In this document: in pieces, positions 1 through 16,536 of the stretch | Position numbering within the stretch: position 1 is the stretch's first letter | How the letters are laid out: every line of letters begins with the position of its first letter | Notes under the pieces: generated by a model | Database searches by the model: none | The model's input: the letters and a program-made list of their open reading frames with translations, nothing else | Told to the model about the DNA's origin: nothing | Made by a program: the position numbers and the translations under genes | From: Bigelowiella natans CCMP2755 | Lineage: Eukaryota; Protista; Cercozoa | Direction: 5' to 3' | Length of the DNA: 64,000 nt | NCBI GenBank assembly: GCA_000320545.1 | Contig: ADNK01000778.1 | Coordinates: 62,001 to 126,000, forward strand

Positions 1-49
1 CCCTTCGTGTACTGATCTCGCTGCTGCTGCCTCTTTTGTTAATCTGCAG

Positions 50-5643
<5,594 letters not shown>

Positions 5644-6327
5644 TGATCGATGCAATGAGATCATGCGCATAGAACAAAATACGATACATCAGAATGCTTG
5701 AACATTGATGATGAACCGCAAACGCAATGACGCATGAATGTACATTGTTGCGCATGCACATCTAACATGCTAGCATGCGCTTGCTAGCTTGTGTGCGGTG
5801 TATCGCAGCTGTCTAGCTGTGCAAACCCACGCACCACATGCATGCAAGCTGGCAAGCCACATCGGCAAGTGCGCCACGCGTGCTCACATCTTAGCACACA
5901 AATGAAACAATGCACATGCATGCAAGCAACACGCACGTCAGAATTGAAAATCAATTGATCGGCAGCGTGTTGGTTGCGGAAACGCACAAGTGCACATGCG
6001 ACAAGGTGATGCGCATGCATGCCAGCATGCTAGCATGTGCAATGCTTGTGCTGTCAATGTGAGTGAACGAACAAGCCTGGAAGCGAACAAGTGAATGAGT
6101 GAAGCAGTCTAGCAGTCTAGCAGTGCCAGGTGCAGCTGAAAGATCAAGCATGGCTAGCTAGCCAGCTAGCTGGCTAGCTGGGTGGGTCACTGCTGGATCG
6201 ACTGGCTCATCAATCACAAGCTAGCAAGACCTCCAGAAAAAGTTGTGAGATTCGCATTGCTAGATTGGCAATGACAATGAATGAATGAATGAAGCGATTC
6301 AGCAGGAGCGGTTGACCCAGTGATGGT

Positions 6328-6753
6328 CTCGTGTTGACATTGAATCATTGTTGCACGAACATGAACACGAACGTGAACGTGAACAAAGCATTGATCAAAT
6401 CATCACGCGCCAGAACCACATGGGAGACAGCTAGACAGGCGTGTGCACGCAGCAGAACCTCAACAAAAATGTTTCGAGGACATACATGAGATCCGTGAAC
6501 AATGAACAATGAACAATGATGAAGAACTACATCTCCAAAGTGAATTGAATTGAATTGAATTTGATGATGACTACATCCCCAAAACATTTCATGATGTTTG
6601 CAACGTGCGAGTGTGTGACAGGGCCACGTACTTGCAAACCGTGTGTTGCATCGAATGTGTTGAATCATTGTCGCGTGCTGAGATCCGCATGGAATATGGC
6701 CTCGTGTTGATATTGAATCATTGTCGCGTGCTGAGACCCTCATGGAACTTGGC
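6328..6753 (+). repeat. Local imperfect direct repeats upstream of the Rho gene (53-bp period duplication plus a third partial copy)
   Basis: TTGAATCATTGTCGCGTGCTGAGA at 6660-6683 and 6713-6736. CTCGTGTTGA(C/T)ATTGAATCATTGT at 6328-6351 and 6701-6724. Confidence 0.85.
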
Positions 6754-6818
6754 AGCGAAATGAGCGACTTGCATGAAGAGATCTATCACAGCGTACCGGC
6801 GTCACTCTGAATGGATCT

Positions 6819-7388
6819 ATGCGCAGCTTGAAGTGTGTCGTAGTCGGTGATGACGGTGTTGGTAAGAGCTCCATGCTGATCACCTTAAAAACCAAAGCTT
6901 TCCCTGGCCTTACAACAGAAATCCCAAGCGTGTACGAAGGTTCAACCGCCAACCTTCTTGTCGACGGAAAAACTACCAACCTCTGTCTTTGGGACACAAC
7001 CAGCCATGAAGACTTCAAGCACCTACGCGTGATCTCATATCCTCATACGGATGTCTTCTTGATCACCTTTTCTATTACTTCTCCGGCTTCTTTTGAGAAC
7101 GTCAAGACCAAGTGGATCCCTGAGATCCAGCAGCACTGCCCTCATACTCCATTCATCCTAGTTGGAACAAAGTCTGACGCTCGGAATGACAAGGCCCAGA
7201 TCAAAGCCCTTGAGTCTCAGAACATCGAGATGGTTAATAATGAAAAGGGCGAGCAGTTGGCAAAGGAGACTAATGCAAAAAAATACTTGGAATGTTCCGC
7301 TCTCACTCAAGATGGCTTGATGACTGTCTTTGACTCAGCAGTTCGTGCTGGGAGGAAACCCCCAGCTCGCAATTGTGTAATTCTTTGA
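6819..7388 (+). CDS. Intronless atypical Rho/Rac-family small GTPase
   Basis: LKCVVVGDDGVGKS P-loop, LCLWDT, LRVISYPHTDVFLITFSITSPASFENVKTKWIPEI, LVGTKSD, Rho insert, YLECSALTQ and C-terminal CAAX (CVIL). Confidence 0.95.
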   Translation: MRSLKCVVVGDDGVGKSSMLITLKTKAFPGLTTEIPSVYEGSTANLLVDGKTTNLCLWDTTSHEDFKHLRVISYPHTDVFLITFSITSPASFENVKTKWIPEIQQHCPHTPFILVGTKSDARNDKAQIKALESQNIEMVNNEKGEQLAKETNAKKYLECSALTQDGLMTVFDSAVRAGRKPPARNCVIL

Positions 7389-7900
7389 ATGATTTTTCAG
7401 TCATAGCAACATGTGATAAAATACATCACATTGTTTCGTTCCGAAAACCTAAAAAAAAATGTTTAGAATGTGACAGGGAAATCGCGATGCAGAGGGTATG
7501 ATGCTTCGCACACCATGCTAGCATGCTAGCAATGCCGCCATTGGCGGTTGCAACAATTTATTGTGTTGCTCGGACATCACACACGCAAGTTTAGATGTGC
7601 AGAGGTGTTGCGAATCAAAAGCTAGCCAGTGCGCAAAGCCATGTTTGGTCATTCACGCGCGCAAGCCTAGCTTGTAGCTAGCACGCATGAGCTACAGTGT
7701 CGAGCACAACTGACAAGCTCATCATGCCTGGATGTACATCTCTAGGTAGTCTAGTAGTAGTTCAGGCATCAAGCTTTTACGTGAGTAACATATCTAGACA
7801 TCTTTGGTACGTCATTGCATTTTTGCATTTGCCACGGTATAAAACGAGTACGTACAGAATTAGCATAGAATAATCGAGTAATTCTCACTGCTGTTCGTTG

Positions 7901-7934
<34 letters not shown>

Positions 7935-8133
7935 AGGAGGACTGCTAGCTACCGCTACTACTAGTGCCAGAGACTGATGCATATTATATTATTTGATGGC
8001 GAAACAAAGAGGGGATAACAATGCATTACTTCCTCAATCGCTTTTGCTATATTGATGATCTTCCTGTAAGCTAGAACAAGACTAGCTTGATCTACTACTT
8101 CTCCCCCCCCCCCCTGCAGCTCCAACATCAGCG

Positions 8134-10849
8134 CTAATAGTCATTGGCCACCTTTGTGAGAAGCCTTACCAGTTCCGCTGGCTCGTACACATAGAACTTA
8201 GCAGGTGATGGGCGCCGTCCCACGCAACAGGTGATAGTGGAACGTGGGTCAAGCCTCACATTATCAGGCACAGTCTGGGAAAAGGCGGCACGACGATAGA
8301 GCGACGACTTGTTCTCATCTTCTTCTCCAGAGGCCAGTCTGAGCGCATGGAACATTCTTTCGTCTGAGGCCTCGTCTCCTGCTGCAAGCACCAATGACTT
8401 CGATACATCCACGATCTGGACAAATAGTGATGATAGCAACGTTATTTAGTGGTGATGGTAACAATTTAGTAGCAATAGTGGCATTTCACGATGTTGTCAG
8501 CAAGCACATGATTTAGCACAAAAAGAGAGGAAGGGCTTCTCCTCTTTCCCCCCCTTCGGAAGATGATAAATACAACAAGCAGCCTCTACGAAACATGCGC
8601 GCACATACGAACAACACCACATAATCACCACTATTCACCCACCTTCGCACGGGCAAGGCGGCTAAGGATATTGAGGATGGTTGAGCCCTTATCAACACCT
8701 TTCGGCTTGACCTCCAATATTCGATGATAGCTGTACTGTGTGATGTCTACCACGGAGGAAGACACAATCTGATGATGGATCGGTCACAGGGAGGGGGGAG
8801 GAGGAGGAGGAGGAAGAGGAGGAAGATAGATCAGCATCAGTATCACAGTTGTCGTTGTCTTGCATCGTCGTCACATTAGCCACCATATGATTGTCATCAT
8901 AGCTATTTATCTTTCCACCATCACTGTCGTCCCTCGGAAGGAGTAATAGTAATCACACAGAGATGATACAACGTAACTACTTGCCTGTCCTCGCTATCCA
9001 CTTATTCATTTATTTGTCCATTTAGTAGTAGTAGAAGTTGTTGTTGTTGTTGTTGTTGCTTGCGTACCTTCTCGATATAGCGATGCAACTCGATAGCTTG
9101 GTTGTGGCCAAAGACCGGGTCAGCAGCATCATAGTGCCAGCTCAGAGACATCTTATTATTGGTGGATAATATGGACGATGGGAAAGGAGGATGATGAGTG
9201 ACGATGGGTATGCATACGGTTTATTATATTTGTTGTAACGACAACGATAACGATCATCAGGCTAAGGAGTTGCTGCTGCAGCGAAAAGAGCACCTACCTC
9301 TTTTGTTTCGATGTAAGAGCCATCCGTTCGCTCTGTATAAGCCTGTTTCATAAAAAAGATAGCAGCAACCGACCCGTGGATATACATCAGTGGTGTGAGT
9401 AGTAGCCAACCTACTATCAGCTACATAAAACTCTCCCTCTCTCTTTCTCTCTTTCTCTCTCTCTCACACACACACACACACATACACGCACATTATGAAT
9501 TCCTTTCGTCATCCAATAAAGCAGCGGTACATACTATTCCCAATTTTTTACTTAAGGAGATTATGATTATGACTATGATTACTATTATTATGATTATTGT
9601 TAATTCGCAATAGTAGTGGTAGTAGTGTAGTAGTAGTAATCATAATTTATACCTGCAAAAGCCTCAGTACATCTGTCTTCCACTCACTACTCGTCTCCAT
9701 TGCATTTTCCCAGGTGGTCTGTGGTTGCAGTCAGAAAAGGTGGTTGGTTGTTACACGTCAGGGGAAAGAAAGACCACTCGCAGGAAATTTGCTGGTTTAA
9801 ATCATCATCATCGTCGTCCTCGTCATCATGATTCATCACTACCTTCAACTCAGCATTTCGCCCTCTAGTTGTCGTTGATGACGCCTCAGAGGTACTCAAT
9901 AGCTTCTCTTCCATGCTTTGTGGCCAGCGAATGAAGCAACCCTTCTCGGCAGCGATTCTGGAGTTGAGAAAGGATTATGTCACAGTAGTGCGACGAACCT
10001 ACTATTACTACACATCGGGCCATTATTTCTCACTAACATACCCGAGATTTTTGACTTCTGCGAACCAGGAGTCGAGCTGACATTTCTCCCTCCCGCTTAC
10101 TACAAACACTATATTTCTCTTGTCCTAGGATGAGATAAAAAGAAAAACAAGAACAGGAACAATATAACAAGAAGATTAACATAGAAACGATGATGATTAT
10201 GATGATGATGAGGACAACTAGGAACTGTGCGTGGACTACAGGCAGCAGCCCTGTTACTACTATATCAAATGACCACCACAATCTTAGCAGAAGCAGTAGC
10301 AGCAGTAGCGGCAGCACCTTCGTGAGGGCCGACAGTGTACTGAGCAGCGCCGAGCTCGGTCGCATATTTCGTGTGTAGTCTTCCGCAGCTTCCTCGTCAT
10401 CGACCTTTTATTAAGATATTAATAAAGCAGTTAGTATAAAAGCGTTTTTTTTTTTTTTTGGAATTGTAGGTCATAGATAGCAAGCAACGAATGGCAACTA
10501 TAATACGGACATTTTCCAAGTTTTCTTCAGCCACCAGCGTCCCATCGTAGTCAAGGAAAAAGACGCGGTGAGTTGCACCCCCCCTCAATTGCTTTTCGAA
10601 CATATCTGCAGAAGAGGAGGAGGAGGAGGACGTAGCCCCAGCAGTACTTTGCTGTGAGGGGGGGAGTAACGAAGAGGAGGACTTGCTGGATTGTGGAGAT
10701 GACGGTGATGACGACGACGACGAAGATGATGATGATGGGAGGGTCAGCCGCGTAAAGTTCTTGCGGAAGCCCACCAGATCGTTGATCTAGCGTAGTTTAG
10801 GAGAGGAGGAGGAGAAGGAGGAGGGGGAGGGGGAGGGCGCAGTTGTAGC

Positions 10850-10890
<41 letters not shown>

Positions 10891-11435
10891 GAGCAGCAAC
10901 GGTAACAGCAGCAGCAGCAACAACAACAACAGCATGGGGACGAAAAGGCAGGGGGATGGAGGGAAGAGATGGACGACGAGGAGAAAAGATGATAAGAGTG
11001 AGAAATAGGAATGGAAGGCGCAAGATATCATTATCATTATCATCGTCGTCAATCATAAGAAAGCGTTATTATTATCTGTGCACGCTGATCATTGCTACTA
11101 CTTGTATTTTTGTTGTTCTTCTAACTTTACTACTACCCCTGCTCCGCGCTCAACATGAACGAAGCTAAGGTCTCTCTGCAGCGACTTAGCACAATCAAGA
11201 TCCTCGAGGAATTTACGTGCCCATCGCTGTGTTATTGTGGTTGTTGTTATAGATAGATAGATGAAGGTCGGAAAAATATACAATACGTAGTAGCTATGAA
11301 GTCGCAGTAGTAGCAATAGTAGTAGTCGGAGGAAATGCAAGCAGAGAACACCACCAATTCTTAATACATCTATTTGTTGAGAAAAATACTAATATTTATT
11401 GCTCCCTCCTGTTCCTATCCCCCCCCCCATTTCCA

Positions 11436-11470
<35 letters not shown>

Positions 11471-11856
11471 TCAACCTGGGTTGTATGTCCCAACACGTAG
11501 CGGCCGCGCTTCGCATGTTGTGCTTTACGAGCACTGAGTTTCATCCCGAGCGCTGCGTGATTAGGATGTTTGCTCGGTGAGATTCATCAACAATCTATAT
11601 CTATATTCGAATAACTGAGCAATAATAGACAGACGCATTCACCGACACAATATCGCTTATTCTATTGGCTGCAACCAAAGGGGGAGAGAATTAACGACCA
11701 GTAAGTTGTTGCGTATACGTGACGAACTACATTACCACACTCCAACTACTACTACTATTAATTTACTACAAAACGAAGTTTCTATTTACTCCCAACCTGT
11801 GTGAAGCTTATCGGCAACATCCTGAAGTGACCTGGAAAACCACGAATTAACATCTA

Positions 11857-11896
<40 letters not shown>

Positions 11897-14800
11897 ACGC
11901 TAGTACATGTATGGCTCTAAATGCCATCACTTGAAGAAATGTTAACGGTGTATTGAAAACATCGAAATTTGTTCGGAATTCTCATTATCGCGACACGGAA
12001 ATTGATCATATCGCAGAGAAAAAATTGTTATGTTTATTGTTATTGTTATCGTGGCCTACCAGGGATTGACCATGAGAGCGCCGGAGAGTGAGCGAGAGCA
12101 CCCCATAAATTCAGATAAAATCAGCACCCCAGGACGCTCTGGATCCTGTAATAAATAGATGCAAAGAAACGAATGTTGTTTATCAATCAAGAGATTATCT
12201 TCATCTTCATCATCGTCCATATCCATGTATATCTGAGAGGAAACACTAACACACTCCTCCACCACCACCACCACCACCACCACCACGTGCAGAAAGACGA
12301 CAGACGCATTCACGCACGCACAAGACCACCGGCTGCTACCTGAGACGCTGTGAATTCGTAGGGAACCAGGTTGAGGCCATCCCAGAAGGTGGAGACGAGA
12401 GCCGCGTCAGCCGCTCGGTAGTACGCAATCGTTTGGTTCACGGACAGGTTCGTCTCTGCTGCGTCAATCAACTACGCAAGGAACAGACGAATATCATCAT
12501 CCATGATGGCGGCAGCGATAAAATGACAGTGTTTATGGTGACCACCCCTGCATCGCTACTAGCATCTCATTACTATCATCAGAAGCAAGCGACATAACAA
12601 CATGATGTTATTATCCTCCTAAGAAACTTTGACGGCCTGAAAACATGAATGACTTCTCCCTACTACGAAGGCAGTGCTTTGGCACTAGAAAATCATCATC
12701 GGTGTTTTCGCTTTGCCATATCTCGGAATCATCACCACATATGCTAGGTTTCCTACGAGGAGAGCGCCATTTTTAGAATACAACCTTGATGCACCCCGGG
12801 CCGAAGTTTTCCTTGATGGACTTGACGACCGAGAAGACTGAAGCTCGGATTTGCTTCTGCTCCTCTGGAGGGTTCCATGAAGGGAGCAGCACCTTCAATC
12901 AAAACAACAATCAATACAGCAACGTAGTAGCACACGAAATATACGCGATATAGAAGACAGGAGAAGACACCAACAAGGTGTTACTTTCCTCAAGCCCCCC
13001 CCGCCCTTCTCCCCTCTAATTCTCTCACAGTGAGCAATAGATACCTGTATAAGAACTACTCTATCTTTCCAGTCGTCGTGAGTCTTCATCGGAGGAGGGG
13101 TAGTAGAGATAATAGATAAAGAAGATGCAGATAAATTATGCATATAAATGGTTAGTTCATACGATCGATTTGCAGGCATCCACGCACCCCCCTCTAGCAC
13201 TAGATAGCAGAAAATAGCTACTACCACTACTAATAGCTACCTCAAGGAATCGGTGATATGCCTGCAACTTTATCAAGGTACCCTTTACCAAATCCAGGTG
13301 GTCTATTCCGATCACGATCTTAAATACACAACACACGATAACCAACACAGTGTGAGACGACCAAGACCGTATACTTACCAAGAAGTCATTATGACCGGCA
13401 AACGAATGACACGTAGCAGCAGCATTAGCAGCAGCATTAGTAGTAGGTATTAATACCTGTCGGTCTTTGTGCTCCGCTTTCGCAGCTGCCACCATCTTCT
13501 TGACCTCTTCTCCTTTGGCCAAATCGTGGAAGAACACGGAGTTGATACCAAGATGCGAGATCTCCACCAGCACCGTTCTCCCACTCTGCGTCTGCACCCC
13601 GAGACGCCCCCCCTCCACCGTTGTGAAATCTAACCCACCGATCCGTCGGCACGCCGATAGGAAGTGGCGAGCGTAATCATAGGTGTGAAAACCAACGATG
13701 TCGGCGCTCAGCATCGCCTGCACAATGCGTACACGTTCTGGGAGGCATCGAACCACGTCGGTGGTTGGCCAAGGAGTGTGGATGAACACCCCAAGTTTGG
13801 AAAGGGGAAGCGCGGCTCGAACGAACTCTGGAACTAGCAATGTTGGATACCCATGAACCCCTGTTATATTGTCATCATCGTCGTCATCATCACCATCATC
13901 ATTATCCCATCCATTAGCACCAGCTGTTAGCATCAACATCTAGCATTACATATATATTGTTTCAAAAGCAGCATTAAAAGAGCACTATGAGAACATACAT
14001 ATCGCAGCATTCTCAGGGCTGGAGGAAGCCGTCTTCACCACATCGTTGGCAATGAGCTTGTTTACCTTGAAAAAATATTAATAATACACCAAAGCCATTG
14101 AAATACATCAGATATGAATCTTCCACAGTACCCCATCATCATCATCCCCTGCATCATCAATCTTCCCATAGAAGAATTCTAAAAATATCATCTATCGGTC
14201 TGTCCATGAGGAGGACACAGGCGTCTGGAATTTCATTGATCTCATTCCCGTATTCCGATAAACAATTCCGCAATTGTCCTGACAGATTTTGTTATGTTCA
14301 AACACCTGAATGTACGCTTCCCAACGTTTTTCCCACTTTTTCCCGAAATCTGGGTCTGCTTGTGGCATGACATAATGGAACAGCCGCCATAGCACTTTCT
14401 GTGTATCATTAAGATGATGATGATGACGATGATAATGATGATGATGATGATGATTATGTCGATGGCAATTTCATACAAGTCACGAAAAGTGTGAACCTTT
14501 TAAAAAAAACTTGTGACCGACCTTGCAGAAACCATGGAAGAATTCTTGACGAAGTTTCCTTTCCTGTTTTACGTGAAACAAAGAGGAAGAAGATACACTA
14601 AGGGTATGAGTTTTACTTAAAATATCGTACAAATACGCGTATTCAAGGATAAGACATATGCATGTAAATACGTGGTAAGATATGCATACCTCGATCCACA
14701 CTGGCACACAATTGTGTTTTTTCAGCTCTTCCTCTATTTCTTTGATTTCCTCTAATCAAAATAGCAGGGGTTCTTTCATGAGATCAAGCACCTTGTCCGC

Positions 14801-15654
14801 ATTCCATGCTTGTTAAATTGGAATCATATAGCATAAACGTGCGGCAAGTAGAATCGACAATTTTTGTTGTGCTCCCAGCCTATTTATGATGCAAAAGTCT
14901 TATTGGCACCTTTTTCGAACTTAAAGGCGTCGACGCAGCCCACCCATGTCACCTCCAACTTATCCTACAAATGCCATATTTAATTGTTAATGCAACGGTA
15001 CGAAAAGAATCCCGAATTGGTCTTACCTCCTCAGAGTTCTGTAGCATTCGCATTGCAGCTAGCCAATTACGTGAGTCATCCCATTTCACAGCCCACTTTC
15101 CACTAAATTGATAAATTCAACGAAGAAAGAAGAGAATACGAAATGCACTTGTTTTAGCTTTTAAAGTTCCCATTTTCTCTCTCTTATCCGATCCGATAAC
15201 CTGGTACTGCATTTCTTTATATGGACCGGTAGAGAGTGCGCTACAATGATAACTCGCCTGAAGAGTAAATGTCGTATGAAAGTTTTTCCGCGAACATTTT
15301 ATTTGTCCTATAGCGCTCAAGATTGCGTTCTCGATAAATTAAAAATTGACATACTCTGTGGTGCTTGACGGGGCAGAATCCTGTTCACCCCCACGGATCA
15401 AGCTCGTCAAGTTCCGCATCATTGGTGGGGGATTTAAACTGGATTTTACATCGTCGGCTTCGCTTCGTTTCTGTGTGGTGCTGCTTGACTTCTTACCTAG
15501 GAAGTAAACAAGGTTCAATCTTTCTTGCTTCTACCCTCCCTCTCTAACGTTCGTGGGTACCGATGTTGCCCATAAGGTACCCTCCAACCGCAGCCACCAC
15601 CAGACTGAAGATATAAAGAGGAAGATTCTCGACGATTAGCGAGATATCCACCAT
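8134..15654 (-). CDS. Trehalose-6-phosphate synthase/phosphatase fusion (GT20 + HAD TPP), multi-exon, with hydrophobic N-terminus
   Basis: Exons give RVIIVAHSLP, TWVGC, FFHGFCKKVLWRLFHY, GVFIHTPWP, LSADIVGFHTYDYARHFLSAC, GIDHLDLVKG, DGLNLVPYEF, LILSEFMGCSRSLSGALMVNPW. The TPP part gives FFLDYDGTLV, YTERTDGSYIETKE, EVKPKGVDKG, AAGDEASDERMF. The ATG at 15654 (MVDISLIVENLPLYIFSLVVAAVGGYLMG) is inferred. Confidence 0.92.
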
Positions 15655-16536
15655 TTTGTCTCTATCCTCCTCTCACCACAAAGACCTAACAAACAAATTT
15701 ATCAAGACGGCAATGAGCACCGACAAGCATTGACGCACATTCTTCAGATACACAACACAGATAAAGCCAATAACAACCTTGCAGTCCTAGAGAAGGTGAA
15801 AACAATTCTTCGAATAATCGCTTCGATATCGGTGGGTGCAGCAGACGGAAGAGCTACAACAGTGGAAGCAGAAAGGTGGGGAGGGAAAGTGTGGTACCTT
15901 TCAGATTTTAGATGCACTAAAATCATAGCACTATTTTTCCAAAAAATAGGGCAATACACAGTGACGATAAGGATTTCGACCACTTTACTGCTACTCTGGT
16001 TTTTGGCAATAAATTTTTTAACCTAATGGCCTCATCGTTAAATTAAGTCATGAGTCGAAATCCCAGACACTTTTCCATTGTCATGTAGAGAAATGTTGTC
16101 GTAGATAGATCCTTTACGGTATTTCTTCCGCCATGAAAACGAATATATCCTAGAGAAATCTTGTTATTTGTTTTCTGATACACTTCGACTAGATGAGACA
16201 AAGTCTACAGTATGTCGTACATGAGATATCTCCTCCATTACAGATGGTTATCATGATAGCCATCGGAAAGTTGCCGATTATTGCAAGCGAGGAAAAATAT
16301 ACCGCACTAACCACCCAAACCAGTCACAAAGTAGTGAAACAACAATTGTAACAACAATAGAGACTAGAGACTATCTAAGATGTATATCCGATCAAAAATA
16401 GACTTGTAGGAGAACAACACGCTACAGCAGCGTCCTCGTAGCAACACCCCCTCCCATGTCCCCAACTTTTGCTCCCCCGTCATCCTAAAACGGGCGGTGC
16501 AGGCGTGCAGAATTGGATCGACTGAACATTTATTGG

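Noticed and set aside
16513-16536. TTG/GTG starts in the ORF track
   Set aside because: Prokaryotic-style start calls; ATG starts were used for this eukaryotic DNA.
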